DNA from: Octopus sinensis
Lineage: Eukaryota
Assembly: GCF_006345805.1 (NCBI RefSeq)
Contig: NC_043006.1
Location: forward strand, 46,128,001 to 46,192,000
Reading direction: 5' to 3'
Length of the DNA: 64,000 bases
Notes under the pieces: model-generated
Told to the model about the DNA's origin: nothing
Database searches by the model: none
The model's input: the letters and a program-made list of their open reading frames with translations, nothing else
Position numbers and translations under genes: made by a program
Part shown: in pieces, positions 40,895-51,993 of the stretch
Position numbering within the stretch: the stretch's first letter is position 1
Layout of the letters: each line of letters opens with the position of its first letter

Positions 40895-42234
40895 ATATAT
40901 ATATACACACACTTAAGTATATGTATAGGTAATATATAGGTATATATATGTGTGTGTGTATATGTATGTATATATATTTATATATATAGTATGTAAATAC
41001 ATGCATACGTACATACCTATACATTATATGTATGTATATGTTTATACAACCACTCACACACAAACACACGCACGCATACGAAAACACATACACTCAAGTA
41101 TACACACAAACACACACATGCACACACACACTTACACACACACATACACACACATATCTTACGTACATCACTCACACATTCAAGAAAACAATTTTAGCTG
41201 TGCGTTAAGTGTGCGTTATTTAAGTGAACATTTGATTAACAACTGCTCCCTAAGGGACGAATTTTAAGGCAGCGATAATCGGCTCTGATAATGGCCAAAG
41301 GCAAAAGGCATTTGACATCAAGCTTAGAAATTTGTCGCCCCCAAACCCGAACAAATGATTCGCTTACACACGGAATTAATTTCTAGAATCTTCCAGATTG
41401 CAGGCATCTTGTTAAGGAGGCGGAAATTACGCCATCTTAGGGTCTCTACACAGCAGCAGCACCTGCACATCTTTGGTAATTTGGATGCGTGAGATTTCTA
41501 AAAGTGTGTAATATGCGAATGGTAATAATCGTTGTTGGTGTTGTTGTTGTTGTTGTTGTTGTATTGGTGGTCGTTGTAGCGGTGATAGCAGTGGTGTTGA
41601 TGTTACAGTGGTAGCAACTGTATTGTTGTAGGTATGATCCTGGTATTGGTGTGGGTGGTTGCACAGTAGTAGTAGCAGTTGTAGTAGTAGTAGTAGTAAT
41701 CGTAGTAGTAGTAGTAGAGTAATAGTAATAGTAGTAGTAGTCGTAAAAGTATAAATATGAGTAGTAATAATAATAGTAGTAACAACGGCAGTTGCAGCAG
41801 CAGTAGTAGTAGTAGCAGGAGCAGCAATAGAAGAAGCAACATCAGCAGCATCAGCTACATTAGTTGTTGCTGTTGCTATACTTATCGTATAGCCCTGTGC
41901 TTACCTGGACTGAAGAGACTTTTGATGCCAGACGCTCCAGCCGTAGCAATCACCTCAATCGCGTATGAGTAGAGTTGGTAGACGGAAGCTAAAACAAAAG
42001 CACCCGTCGTATATATATATATATATATTATATATATAATTCAATAAAAGCAATTAAGATTCAAGTCAATTCTAATGAATTCACTTGAATGCGGTACTTA
42101 TGCACCAGAAAAACTATATGGTGTTAACCAATACAGTAGAGTGGGGTGGTTATATTTGCAACTTTTAATAAAGCCTGTCTTTGTATGAAACAATTGTACT
42201 AAAACTAATCCATTCTTGTTGTCTTCTTTTCTCG

Positions 42235-42266
<32 letters not shown>

Positions 42267-42498
42267 CTATATAATTAATCAATATAGGGTGGAGAAAAAA
42301 ATTTTGTAGAATTCTTTCTGCCACCAGCGGCCTAGTAGGAAAAAATTAAATAGTCATAGACCATTTTTAAGTTCAACATCAACAATCAAGGAACGGCCAT
42401 AATAGGCCATTCACCCACTAGAAATACAGCCAAAGCTTCAACCGCAAATAAAGATCAATTCCGTAAACAGGAGAAAATTTAAAAACATTTACCCTGTA

Positions 42499-42604
42499 AT
42501 TTCTTGTACGATGCACCGTTTCGTCTGCTGTTTAATGTAAACTAACCTGATTAAATTAAATCAAGCCAATCTTCCATAGGCCCTCAGATTCTTCAGCAAG
42601 AAAT
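42499..42604 (-). ncRNA. Type I hammerhead ribozyme (array copy C)
   Basis: Reverse complement of 43593-43696. Confidence 0.8.
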
Positions 42605-43103
42605 AGCCAAGTCGGAACAGATATTTTCACGAGGCATTTCCGACACTGCCACGGTAATATCTGACCTAAAATTTTCAAATCGTCGCACTCGCGCCAAATT
42701 TATCGGCAGCAAATAAATATAAGCCGTCGATTCCATTACGGAATTAACCAGAAAATTCATAATTAATCAATATAGGGTGGAGAAAAAAATTTTGTAGAAT
42801 TCTTTCTGCCACCAGCGGCCTAGTAGGAAAAAATTAAATAGTCATAGACCATTTTTAAGTTCAACATCAACAATCAAGGAACGGCCATAATAGGCCATTC
42901 ACCCACTAGAAATAACAGCCAAAGCTTCAACCCTATATTGATTAATTATGAATTTTCTGGTTAATTCCGTAATGGAATCGACGGCTTATATTTATTTGCT
43001 GCCGATAAATTTGGCGCGAGTGCGACGATTTGAAAATTTTAGGTCAGATATTACCGTGGCAGTGTCGGAAATGCCTCGTGAAAATATCTGTTCCGACTTG
43101 GCT

Positions 43104-43210
43104 ATTTCTTGCTGAAGAATCTGAGGGCCTATGGAAGATTGGCTTGATTTAATTTAATCAGGTTAGTTTACCATTAAACAGCAGAGGAAACGGTGCATCG
43201 TACAAGAAAT
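43104..43210 (+). ncRNA. Type I hammerhead ribozyme (array copy A)
   Basis: Stem I ATTTCTTG/CAAGAAAT; CTGAAGA; stem II TCTG/CAGA; GAAA; stem III CGG-TGCA-TCG; GTA cleavage triplet ending at 43202. Confidence 0.8.
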
Positions 43211-43592
43211 TACAGGTAAATGTTTTTTTAAATTTTCTCCTGTTTACGGAATTGATCTTTATTTGCGGTTGAAGCTTTGGCTGTTATTCTAGTGGTGAAT
43301 GGCCTATTATGGCCGTTCCTTGATTGTTGATGTTGAACTTAAAAATGGTCTATGACTATTTAATTTTTTCCTACTAGGCCGCTGGTGGCAGAAAGAATTC
43401 TACAAAATTTTTTTCTCCACCCTATATTGATTAATTATGAATTTTCTGGTTAATTCCGTAATGGAATCGACGGCTTATATTTATTTGCTGCCGATAAATT
43501 TGGCGCGAGTGCGACGATTTGAAAATTTTAGGTCAGATATTACCGTGGCAGTGTCGGAAATGCCTCGTGAAAATATCTGTTCCGACTTGGCT

Positions 43593-43696
43593 ATTTCTTG
43601 CTGAAGAATCTGAGGCCTATGGAAGATTGGCTTGATTAATTTAATCAGGTTAGTTTACCATTAACAGCAGACGAAACGGTGCATCGTACAAGAAAT
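43593..43696 (+). ncRNA. Type I hammerhead ribozyme (array copy B)
   Basis: Same fold; CTGAAGA at 43601-43607, GAAA at 43673-43676, predicted cleavage after A43688. Confidence 0.82.
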
Positions 43697-44222
43697 TACA
43701 GGGTATGTTTTTTTAAATTTTCTCCTGTTTACGGAATTGATCTTTATTTGCGGTTGAAGCTTTGGCTGTTATTTCTAGTGGGTGAATGGCCTATTATGGC
43801 CGTTCCTTGATTGTTGATATATATATATATATATATACATACACACATACATATATATGTATAAACATATGCATGCAGTCATATATATATATGTACTTAC
43901 ATACATACATGCATACATACATATATATACATATATATATACATATATATATATATATATGTGTATATATTCATATATATATATATGTGTGTGTATGTGT
44001 ATGTGTGTATGTGTGTGTGTGTGTCTATGTTAGTGTGTGTGTTTGTCCCCCCAACGTCGCTTGATCACCGATGCTGGTGTGTTTACGTCCCCGTAATCTA
44101 GCAGTTCGGCAAAAGATACCGATAGAATAATACTAGGCTTACAAAGAATAAGTCCTGGGTTCGATTTGCTCGATTTGCTCCAGCATGGCTGCAGTCAAAT
44201 GACTGAAACAAGTAAAAGAGTG

Positions 44223-44282
<60 letters not shown>

Positions 44283-44469
44283 TTATATATCACGGGGTAA
44301 ATTGTAGTCAATGTCAGAAATTCCAGACCATTCACGAGAAAAGGACAAAGATGCAGCAATGTAAACACACACGAAAAAGAAAAGAAATACGAAACGCTTG
44401 TTTATCGCTTGTAGTTGGCTTCAACTCTTTTACACAGAATACACTTGAATATACTTATAAGAATGTGTA

Positions 44470-44846
44470 GTGGAGGAGCAATGACCCAGTGGTTAGGGCA
44501 GCGGACTCGCGGTCGTAGGATCGCTGTTTCGATTCCCAGACCGGGCGTTGTGAGTGTTTATTGAGCGAAAACACCTAAAGCTCCATGAAGCTCCGGCAGG
44601 GATGGTGGTGATCCCTGCTGTACTCTTTCACCACAACTTTCTCTCACTCTTACTTCCTGTTTCTGTTGTACCTGTATTTCAAAGGGCCGGCCTTGTCACC
44701 CTCTGTGTCACGCTGAATATCCCCGAGAACTACGTTAAGGGTACACGTGTCTGTGGAATGCTCAGCCACTTACACGTTAATTTCACGAGCAGGCTGTTCC
44801 GTTGATCGGATCAACCGGAACCCTCGTCGTCGTAACCGACGGAGTG
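44470..44846 (+). mobile_element. Family C SINE with tail 2
   Basis: Family C head plus CCTGTATTTCAAAGGGCC..GAGAACTACGTTAAGG..ACCGACGGAGTG tail. Confidence 0.9.
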
Positions 44847-45016
44847 TATGTAAATATGTACATTAATCTATACACACATACACGCACACACAATATATAT
44901 ACACACACACATACATACCATATATACCCACACAGTGTTTAGACACCCAAATATCGCTTTCTCTTAGTCTTTCTCTATGTACACATACACACACACACAC
45001 ATAAAGGAATAAGTGA

Positions 45017-45372
45017 AGGCAATGGTTAGAGCGTCAGGCTCACAATCATGAAGTAGTGAGTTCGATTCGCGGACCAGACTATGTGTGTTTTATGTTCTTG
45101 AGCAAGACATTTTATTACGCGTTGCTCCAGTTCACCCAGCTGTAGAAACGAGTTGCCACCTTATTGGTGCCAAGCTGCATCGGCCTTTCCCTTTCGCTTG
45201 GATAACTTTTACTCTTCCTTTGGTGTGGAGAGGGGAGTCTGGTATTCATAGGTGATGGCTGGTGTTCCATAAACAACCTTGCCCGGACTTGTGCCTCTAA
45301 GTGAAACTTTCTAGGTGCAATCCCATGTTCATTCATGACCGAAAGGGGATCTTTAGCTTTTACTCTTTTACT
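45017..45372 (+). mobile_element. Family E SINE
   Basis: Matches the reverse complement of 18986-19327. Confidence 0.85.
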
Positions 45373-45379
45373 CATTATG

Positions 45380-45460
<81 letters not shown>

Positions 45461-45622
45461 ATGATGGATATCACAATCGTTTTCCATATTAAACAATTAC
45501 ATAAAATATTCTATGAATAATTACACAAGTAAATATAATCCAGCAGCAGGTGTGTACCGGCACGTTATCAGGTAAATGGCCTTGATAGTACACACACACA
45601 CACACACATGCATATATACATA

Positions 45623-45694
<72 letters not shown>

Positions 45695-45881
45695 TGCGTA
45701 TGTGTCTATTAGAAGGCGAGAGGGAGAGAGAGAGGAAGAGAGAGAGAGAGAGAGAAAGAAATAGAGAGAGAGAGAGAGAGGATTACACGGGTCAACACAT
45801 TTTCTGGCACAAGTGTTATCAATAGCTTTTAGCTAATTCTGGAGTGTTGAATCCAAATCTGGCATCAGATTTTTGAGATAT

Positions 45882-46048
45882 TTTGGGTTGTCCGGAAAGT
45901 TCGTGCCAACTTTTAAAGGAAAAAAAAAGGTCAATAAATACTTGCTTACCATTACATTTTTAATCAACCAAATATGAACCATTTTGTTGTACAATGCGTC
46001 TCCATCTTTCCTTTAACTTGAAAATACCCTCTTCCCAGAACTGAAGTG
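45882..46048 (-). mobile_element. Mariner 3' end fragment
   Basis: Minus strand QFWEEGIFKLKERWRRIVQQNGSYLVD*; TIR-like TTGGGTTGTCCGGAAAGTTC. Confidence 0.75.
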
Positions 46049-46692
46049 CCTGGGAGGGTAAGTTGAAAGGTAAGCTACTATAAATCTATAATCTTTTAGT
46101 TTTGCAAGGAACGCCCATTTAATGCTTATAATGAAAGAATTAAACATAGGTAAACACAATTTTTAACAAACAGTATGTACTTTTTAAAATCTAATAAACA
46201 AAACACAGACTTGTTGGAGCAAATGCACTTTAGCATGCAGGAATTAACCTTGGTGATAACAGAATATTACTACATAGTTTCTTTTCATTTTGGTCATTCA
46301 TTCAGATCATCTTATTACTGCAAGAGCTTCCTCTTTTTTGACGATCTCTTGTGCACAGCTTCTGTAATATCTCTCATCAAGTTCCAGCTGTTTGAGTCCC
46401 ACTGGCCTTGGTAGCGCTCTTCCATTTCTTTCACGTCTTAATGAGAGCATTCACCTTGTTCTTCACTAACATCAACCACGTTCTCTGGAAAGTCACCCAA
46501 GTGACTGAGGGTAGGTAGTGCAGTTTAATGCTCATTCTACATCCAAGTGCTTGCAAAGTCAAGAACAGCTCCTACACAATCTCTTGATAGATGTCAGCTT
46601 CCATGTTCCCTAGGAATTTCCTTATCACACTAGATGAGGCATTCCAAGCTCCAGCCTCCGCGCGCGCATTGCTGTAACAAAATGTACATTCC

Positions 46693-47055
46693 GCGAGCTG
46701 GCAGAAACGTTAGCACGCCGGGCGAAATGCGTAGCCGTATTTCGTCTGCCATTACGTTCTGAGTTCAAATTCCGCCGAGATCGACTTTGCCTTTCATCCT
46801 GTCGGGGTCGATAAATTAAGTACCAGTTACGCACTGGGATCGATGTAATCGACTTAATCCGTTTGTCTGTCCTTGTTTGTCCCCTCTGTGTTTAGCCCCT
46901 TGTGGTCTGTCTTTACGTTCTGAGTTCAAATTCGGCCGAGGTCGACTTTACCTTTCATTCTTTCGGGGTCAATAAATTATCAGTTGTGTACTGGGGTCGA
47001 TCAAATCGACTGATCCCCTCCCCCAAAATTTCGGGCCTTATGCCTAGAGAAGAAA
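46693..47055 (+). mobile_element. Family A SINE, 1.5-mer
   Basis: Interrupts the Chapaev-like transposase; two bodies. Confidence 0.9.
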
Positions 47056-47929
47056 AGAAAAAAAATGCAGATCCCCGAGGAGTGTTCTTATCTGAGGACC
47101 ATAAAATATTCCTGCCTTCTTCACGTTACTGAAACTTGGAAAGTTTGTACATATATATTGGAAGCAGTCTCCACTGAAATCATGAGCTTTGATGAAGCAA
47201 TTCATCAAACCAAGTTGCAACACAGGTTTTGCAAACTTTGTGGGGAGCCTAGGTTTTGTCCTGGTTTCCAGGTGATACTTTAAAGTAAATAAAATGCACC
47301 TTATCGACAAAGTTATTAACGATGAGTTTTTTTATCCTGTGGAGATAAGTTACTACAGATGTAACAGAAGCATTGGGGTCATTACAGCACGTCCTTCTTT
47401 TCAATGTTGTAGCCATAACTAGATCACAGTGATTCAGTTCACACCTGAAAAGAAGGGGAAGGGTTTTAAAGAAAAACTCAGCTTGAACGTATTCAAAATT
47501 AGCATGACAGTCCAGCCAAAATTCTCACAAATAGTGGTGTAAAGTTAACTTTTGGTACGCTCCAGGTAAATAAAGGCACACGGATGACACAAAAATATGA
47601 TGTGATAGAGCAAATTTGAGGTAATTTTGGAATCAGCACCCCAAAACAGAAAATATTATTTTGATAACTAATGCTATATATACATATATGTACTTATGTA
47701 CGCGTTCAAATAAACTCTCATATATGTTTGTGTGTTAAATGCATCCACGTAAATTGAAATTAATTTAGGTAAATTTCAAATATTGAAAACATTGGAGAAT
47801 AATATGAGATAGGAGAGTATTGTAGTTCGCTTGAAGCACTGTGTATTGGTTTTAAAGAATAAAATGTTTTGAATGACACAACACTGCACTATAATACAAT
47901 GGACTATAATAACTGTTGTAATTTAACCA

Positions 47930-48530
47930 TCCATAGTCTGATATGATATTTCGGGATAAAATTTCTTCTTCAGATATCCAAAGAATTGATGGAGTTGCCG
48001 CTATAATCGGTTTTCCAACGGCTTTTCTGTTTTGTTTTCCGGATGAGTCTCAGCAGTGGTCTCATGAAGCTCCTTCCGGAATTCCTTATGAGAAGTGCGT
48101 GAGGTCGGCCATGTCTCAATCTCGTGTGTGCTGGTACATCCCTAGCGCTGCTTCTAAGTTATGTGTTATACGTGTAGCTCCCTTTTTTTTTTCCTTCACC
48201 TCGTTTTCTTTTTTTTTTGCTATAAACAATATATGAGCATGTTATCAAAAATGAACCTACACGCATCCAGATGTAGCTAAATAATATATTGATTACCAAC
48301 CTTCAGCCTGTTGTTAAATTACTCAAATTTCTTTCATTGACCTCAGTTGTGACTGTTATGCTTTTGTTGGTGTTCCGGCATCTGTCTAGATGTTTTCTAA
48401 AGAAGGAAGCTCTTGTGTTCAGATGTTCTTTGATGCCGACATGTAACGGTCTTGTTGTGCTACTCACATAGAACTTGTTGCATTTGTTACATTGTATTCT
48501 ATACACAACATTTACCCGTTGGCATAAATA
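47930..48530 (-). mobile_element. Penelope-like element 3' fragment: GIY-YIG endonuclease plus pLTR-like 3' region
   Basis: Minus strand LCQRVNVVYRIQCNKCNKFYVSSTTRPLHVGIKEHL (48303-48527), matching the PLE-type NVVY..C..C..YVG.T.R.L..R..EH pattern; HHR motif downstream on the same strand. Confidence 0.85.
47940..47978 (-). ncRNA. Minimal type I hammerhead motif of the Penelope fragment (stem II eroded)
   Basis: GATAT-CTGAAGA-AGAAATTTTATCCC-GAAA-TA-TC-ATATC. Confidence 0.6.
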
Positions 48531-49006
48531 TCAGTTACTACTTATAGCGTATATGAGCTTCGAGATTAATTTCCAAAAACGTATTATTTCACGTACTCTC
48601 GAAACTTTGTTAGTCCTTATCCCGTCTAAAATCCTCGCTGGTTAAAATAATGTTTCGAAAATGGATGCAAATATTTAAATGATTACTTCGTTCCAGTAAT
48701 AAAAGGCCTATTATGTTTACAGGAGATGCGAATTCGAGTACCACGGGGTGCTTTCGCCCTTCTCTTTTTAACAGGGGCATTTCAACCCAACATTTACTTG
48801 CTATTATTCATAGTATTTATGTCCTTCGAGATCCAGTTCCCGTTTCTTTTGTCTAAAGTTTATAAATTCTTATGACGTCAACAATATATATATATATATA
48901 TATATAATTTATACACCACACACACACATACATACATACATACATACATACATACATACATACATACATACATACATACATCATACATACATACGTATAT
49001 ATATAT

Positions 49007-49389
49007 GTGGAGGCACAATGGCCCAGTGGTTAGGGCAGCGGACTCGCGGTCGGAGGATCGCGGTTTCGATTCCCAGACCGGGCATTGTGAGTGTTTATTG
49101 AGCGAAAACACCTAAAGCTCCACGAGGCTCCGGCAGGGGATGGTGGTGAACCCTGCTGTACTCTTTCACCACAACTTTCTCTCGCTCTTTCTTCCTGTTT
49201 CTCTTGTACCTGTATTTCAAAGGGCCAGCCTTGTCACAATCTGTGTCACGCTGAATCTCCTCGAGAACTACGTTAGGGTACACGTGTCTGTGGAGTGCTC
49301 AGCCACTTGCACGTTAATATCACGAGAGTAAGCTGTTCCGTTGATCGTATCAGCTGGGACCCTCATCGTCGCAACCGACGGAGTGCTCC
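49007..49389 (+). mobile_element. Family C SINE with tail 2
   Basis: Matches 44470-44846. Confidence 0.9.
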
Positions 49390-49450
49390 TTTAATATATG
49401 TATATATATATATATATTATTATTATATATATATATATAATATATATATA

Positions 49451-49491
<41 letters not shown>

Positions 49492-50509
49492 TATTACGGA
49501 CAGACGGACAGATACAGACATATATTTATATGTAATACATATCCAGAGGACATTTTGATAGTATAACTAATACATTTGTATTCATAAATGCATCGGTGTA
49601 TGTATTTATTTCTGCGCATTAAGGAAACAAAAAAAAAAGAAGAAAAAAAGAGAAAAAAAAGAAGCATATATACATAGCTCCAAGGCGATTATATATTATG
49701 ATTGACAGCAAATGAAGAAAATCCAGTGTCTACATATATCTTTACTGCTCCATGACATATCACAACAAAATCTCTTTTGAATAACATTATTCACTTGTCT
49801 ATCATTCAGATAATTAAATTATCCTACAGTTAAATCTCTCCTGCTATACATTGAATCTTCTTTTTTTTTTTCCTATCCCACTTCCTTTCTCTACGTATCT
49901 AAAATTTTATCTTTAAAAAGCTCCAGCAAAAAAATTTAAATAAAAGCACATACTAAAGCTGGGGGTGGTACGTGTGTATTTGTGGGGGTATCTTTGTAAT
50001 TTACCTACTTAGAATAATCAAGAAGATAAAAATGAAAAGAAAACATAACACTAAACAAACCTAGCAAAGAAAGCAAAAACGGAATCTTAAACGTTAAATT
50101 TTGCATATCTAGTTCATTCCAGATGGCATAATTGTATCCATGACGAGAAGTAGATTACTAAAGATAAATTAGGAACAACTTCCGGGTGAAATGGTTATGG
50201 TAGAGGTTTATTTTCATTTGTGTAAGGGGCCAGGCTGTTTACATCTTTGAATAAGTGGCTTATCTTCAATGGTCTTTGAAGGTCTTTTATGTCTTGTTTT
50301 GGCCAGTGTATAGTAACAGTTTTATAAGATGATATATGTTAGCTTATCAAGGACCTCTCTCGCTCTGTACGTTCGTGTGTGTTTGTGCAAGTATGCGTGT
50401 GCGAGTGTGTGTGTGCGTGTGTATGTATGTGTGTGTGTATGCATACATATACATACACACACATATTAGACTGTCTGGTCCATTATGAACGTCCTGCTAT
50501 TTGATACAC

Positions 50510-51216
50510 GGAAGACCCCTTCGGTCATGAATGACCATGAGATTGAACCTAGAAAGTTCCAGTCCGAGGCACAAGTTCGGCCAAAGTTGTTTTATGGAAG
50601 AGCAGCAATCACCCATGCATAACAGTTTCCCCTCTCCACACCACCGATGTTGCCCAAGGGAAAAGGCAAGGGCCGATACAGCTTGGCACCAGTGACGTCT
50701 CATATTCATACATATTAGACTGTCTGGTCTATTATGAATGTCCAGTTATTTGATATATGAAATGACCCCTTCGGTCATGAATGACCATGAAATTGAATCT
50801 ACAAAGGTCTCCCGCGAGGCAAGGTTGTTTTATGGAAGACCAACAGTCACCCATGCAAACCAGTCTCCTCTCTCCACGCCACCGACGTTGCCCAAGGGAA
50901 AATGCAAAGGCCGACACAGTTTGGCACCAGTAACAACGCAGTTCATTTCTACAGCTGAGTGAACAAGAGATACGCGAAATAAAGTGTCTTACTCTTTTGC
51001 TCTTTTACTTGTTTCAGTCATTTGCCTGCGGCCATGCTGGAGCACTGCGTTTTAGTCTAGCAAATCGACCCCAGGACTTATTCTTTGTAAGGCTAGTACT
51101 TATTCTATCGGTCACTTTTGCCGAACCGCTAAGTTACGGGGACGTAAACACACCAGCATCGGTTGTCAAGCGATGTTGGGGTGGGACAAACACAGACACA
51201 CAACACACACACACAC

Positions 51217-51255
<39 letters not shown>

Positions 51256-51490
51256 GTATATATACATGCGACGGGTTTTCAGTTTCCGTCCACCAAAACC
51301 ACTCACAAGGCTTTGGTCGGCTGAGACTATAGTAGAAGACACTTGCCCAAGGTGCCTCGCAGTGGAAATGAACCCAGAATCATGTGGTTGGTAAGCAAGC
51401 TACTTACCACATAGCCACTCCTGCGCCTATGTCTTGCTCAAGAACACAACACATAGCCCAGTTCAGGTATAGAACTCTGATCGTATAGCT
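50510..51490 (-). mobile_element. Two family E 3' segments (50510-50700; 50763-50990 continuing at ~51430-51490) with a family B SINE (50988-51428) inserted in the second
   Basis: Similarity to families E and B; TGTCTT flanks the family B copy on both sides. Confidence 0.8.
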
Positions 51491-51615
51491 ATTTGACACA
51501 TAACCGTCCTGTTATCTGACTCATGAACATGAAGCTATTTGACCAACACTACGGCCTACACATTGAATTAATGTGGCAGACACAAGGACGCTTAACATGA
51601 CGTTGGATTTTGGAA

Positions 51616-51993
51616 GCACTCCGTCGGTTACGACGACGAGGGTTCCGGTTGATCCGAATCAACGGAACAGCCTGCTCGTGAAATTAACGTGTAAGTGGCT
51701 GAGCACTCCACAGACACGTGTACCCTTAACGTAGTTCTCGGGGATATTCAGCGTGACACAGAGAGTGACAAGGCCGGCCCTTTGAAATACAGGTACAACA
51801 GAAACAGGAAGTAAGAGTGAGAGAAAGCTGTGGTGAAAGAGTACAGCAGGGATCACCACCATCCCCTGCCGGAGCCTCGTGGAGCTTTAGGTGTTTTCGC
51901 TCAATAAACACTCACAACGCCCGGTCTGGGAATCGAAACCGCGATCCTATGACCGCGAGTCCGCTGCCCTAACCACTGGAACATTCCGCCTCC
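51616..51993 (-). mobile_element. Family C SINE with tail 2
   Basis: Reverse complement of 44470-44846. Confidence 0.9.

Larger units (their letters stand above)
42273..43818. mobile_element. Retrozyme-like / Penelope pLTR-like array: ~488-bp non-coding unit, ~1.35 copies in one orientation then ~1.8 copies inverted
   Basis: AATTAATCAATATAGGG at 42273 and 42761; its reverse complement at 42931 and 43420; (TA)n on both flanks; no ORF in the track; one HHR per unit. Confidence 0.85.
41960..44222 (+). mobile_element. Probable family B SINE whose internal (TA)n hosts the HHR array
   Basis: End of a 5' half (TTGGTAGACGGAAGCTAAAAC..CCCGTCG-TATA) at ~41960-42010; 3' half at ~44030-44222. Confidence 0.6.
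45786..47670 (-). mobile_element. Chapaev3-like (CMC) DNA transposon fossil with nested mariner end and family A SINE
   Basis: Minus strand LQLGLMNCFIKA..FQYICTNFP..KAGIFYGPQIRTL (47060-47230) and GCRMSIKLHYL..DFPENVVDVSEEQGE..MEERYQGQW (46395-46550). Left end TTA|CACGGG. Inverted subterminal motif at ~45836 and ~47625. Confidence 0.7.

Noticed and set aside
42273-43818. CRISPR array or TIR DNA transposon interpretation of the repeat
   Set aside because: No short repeat-spacer pattern; the arms are offset tandem units joined internally, not terminal inverted repeats
48744-48790. Hammerhead-shaped motif on the minus strand (GGG-TTGAAAT-GCCC..GGGC-GAAA-GC-AC-CCC)
   Set aside because: Needs about three core changes to fit; not supportable without a family consensus
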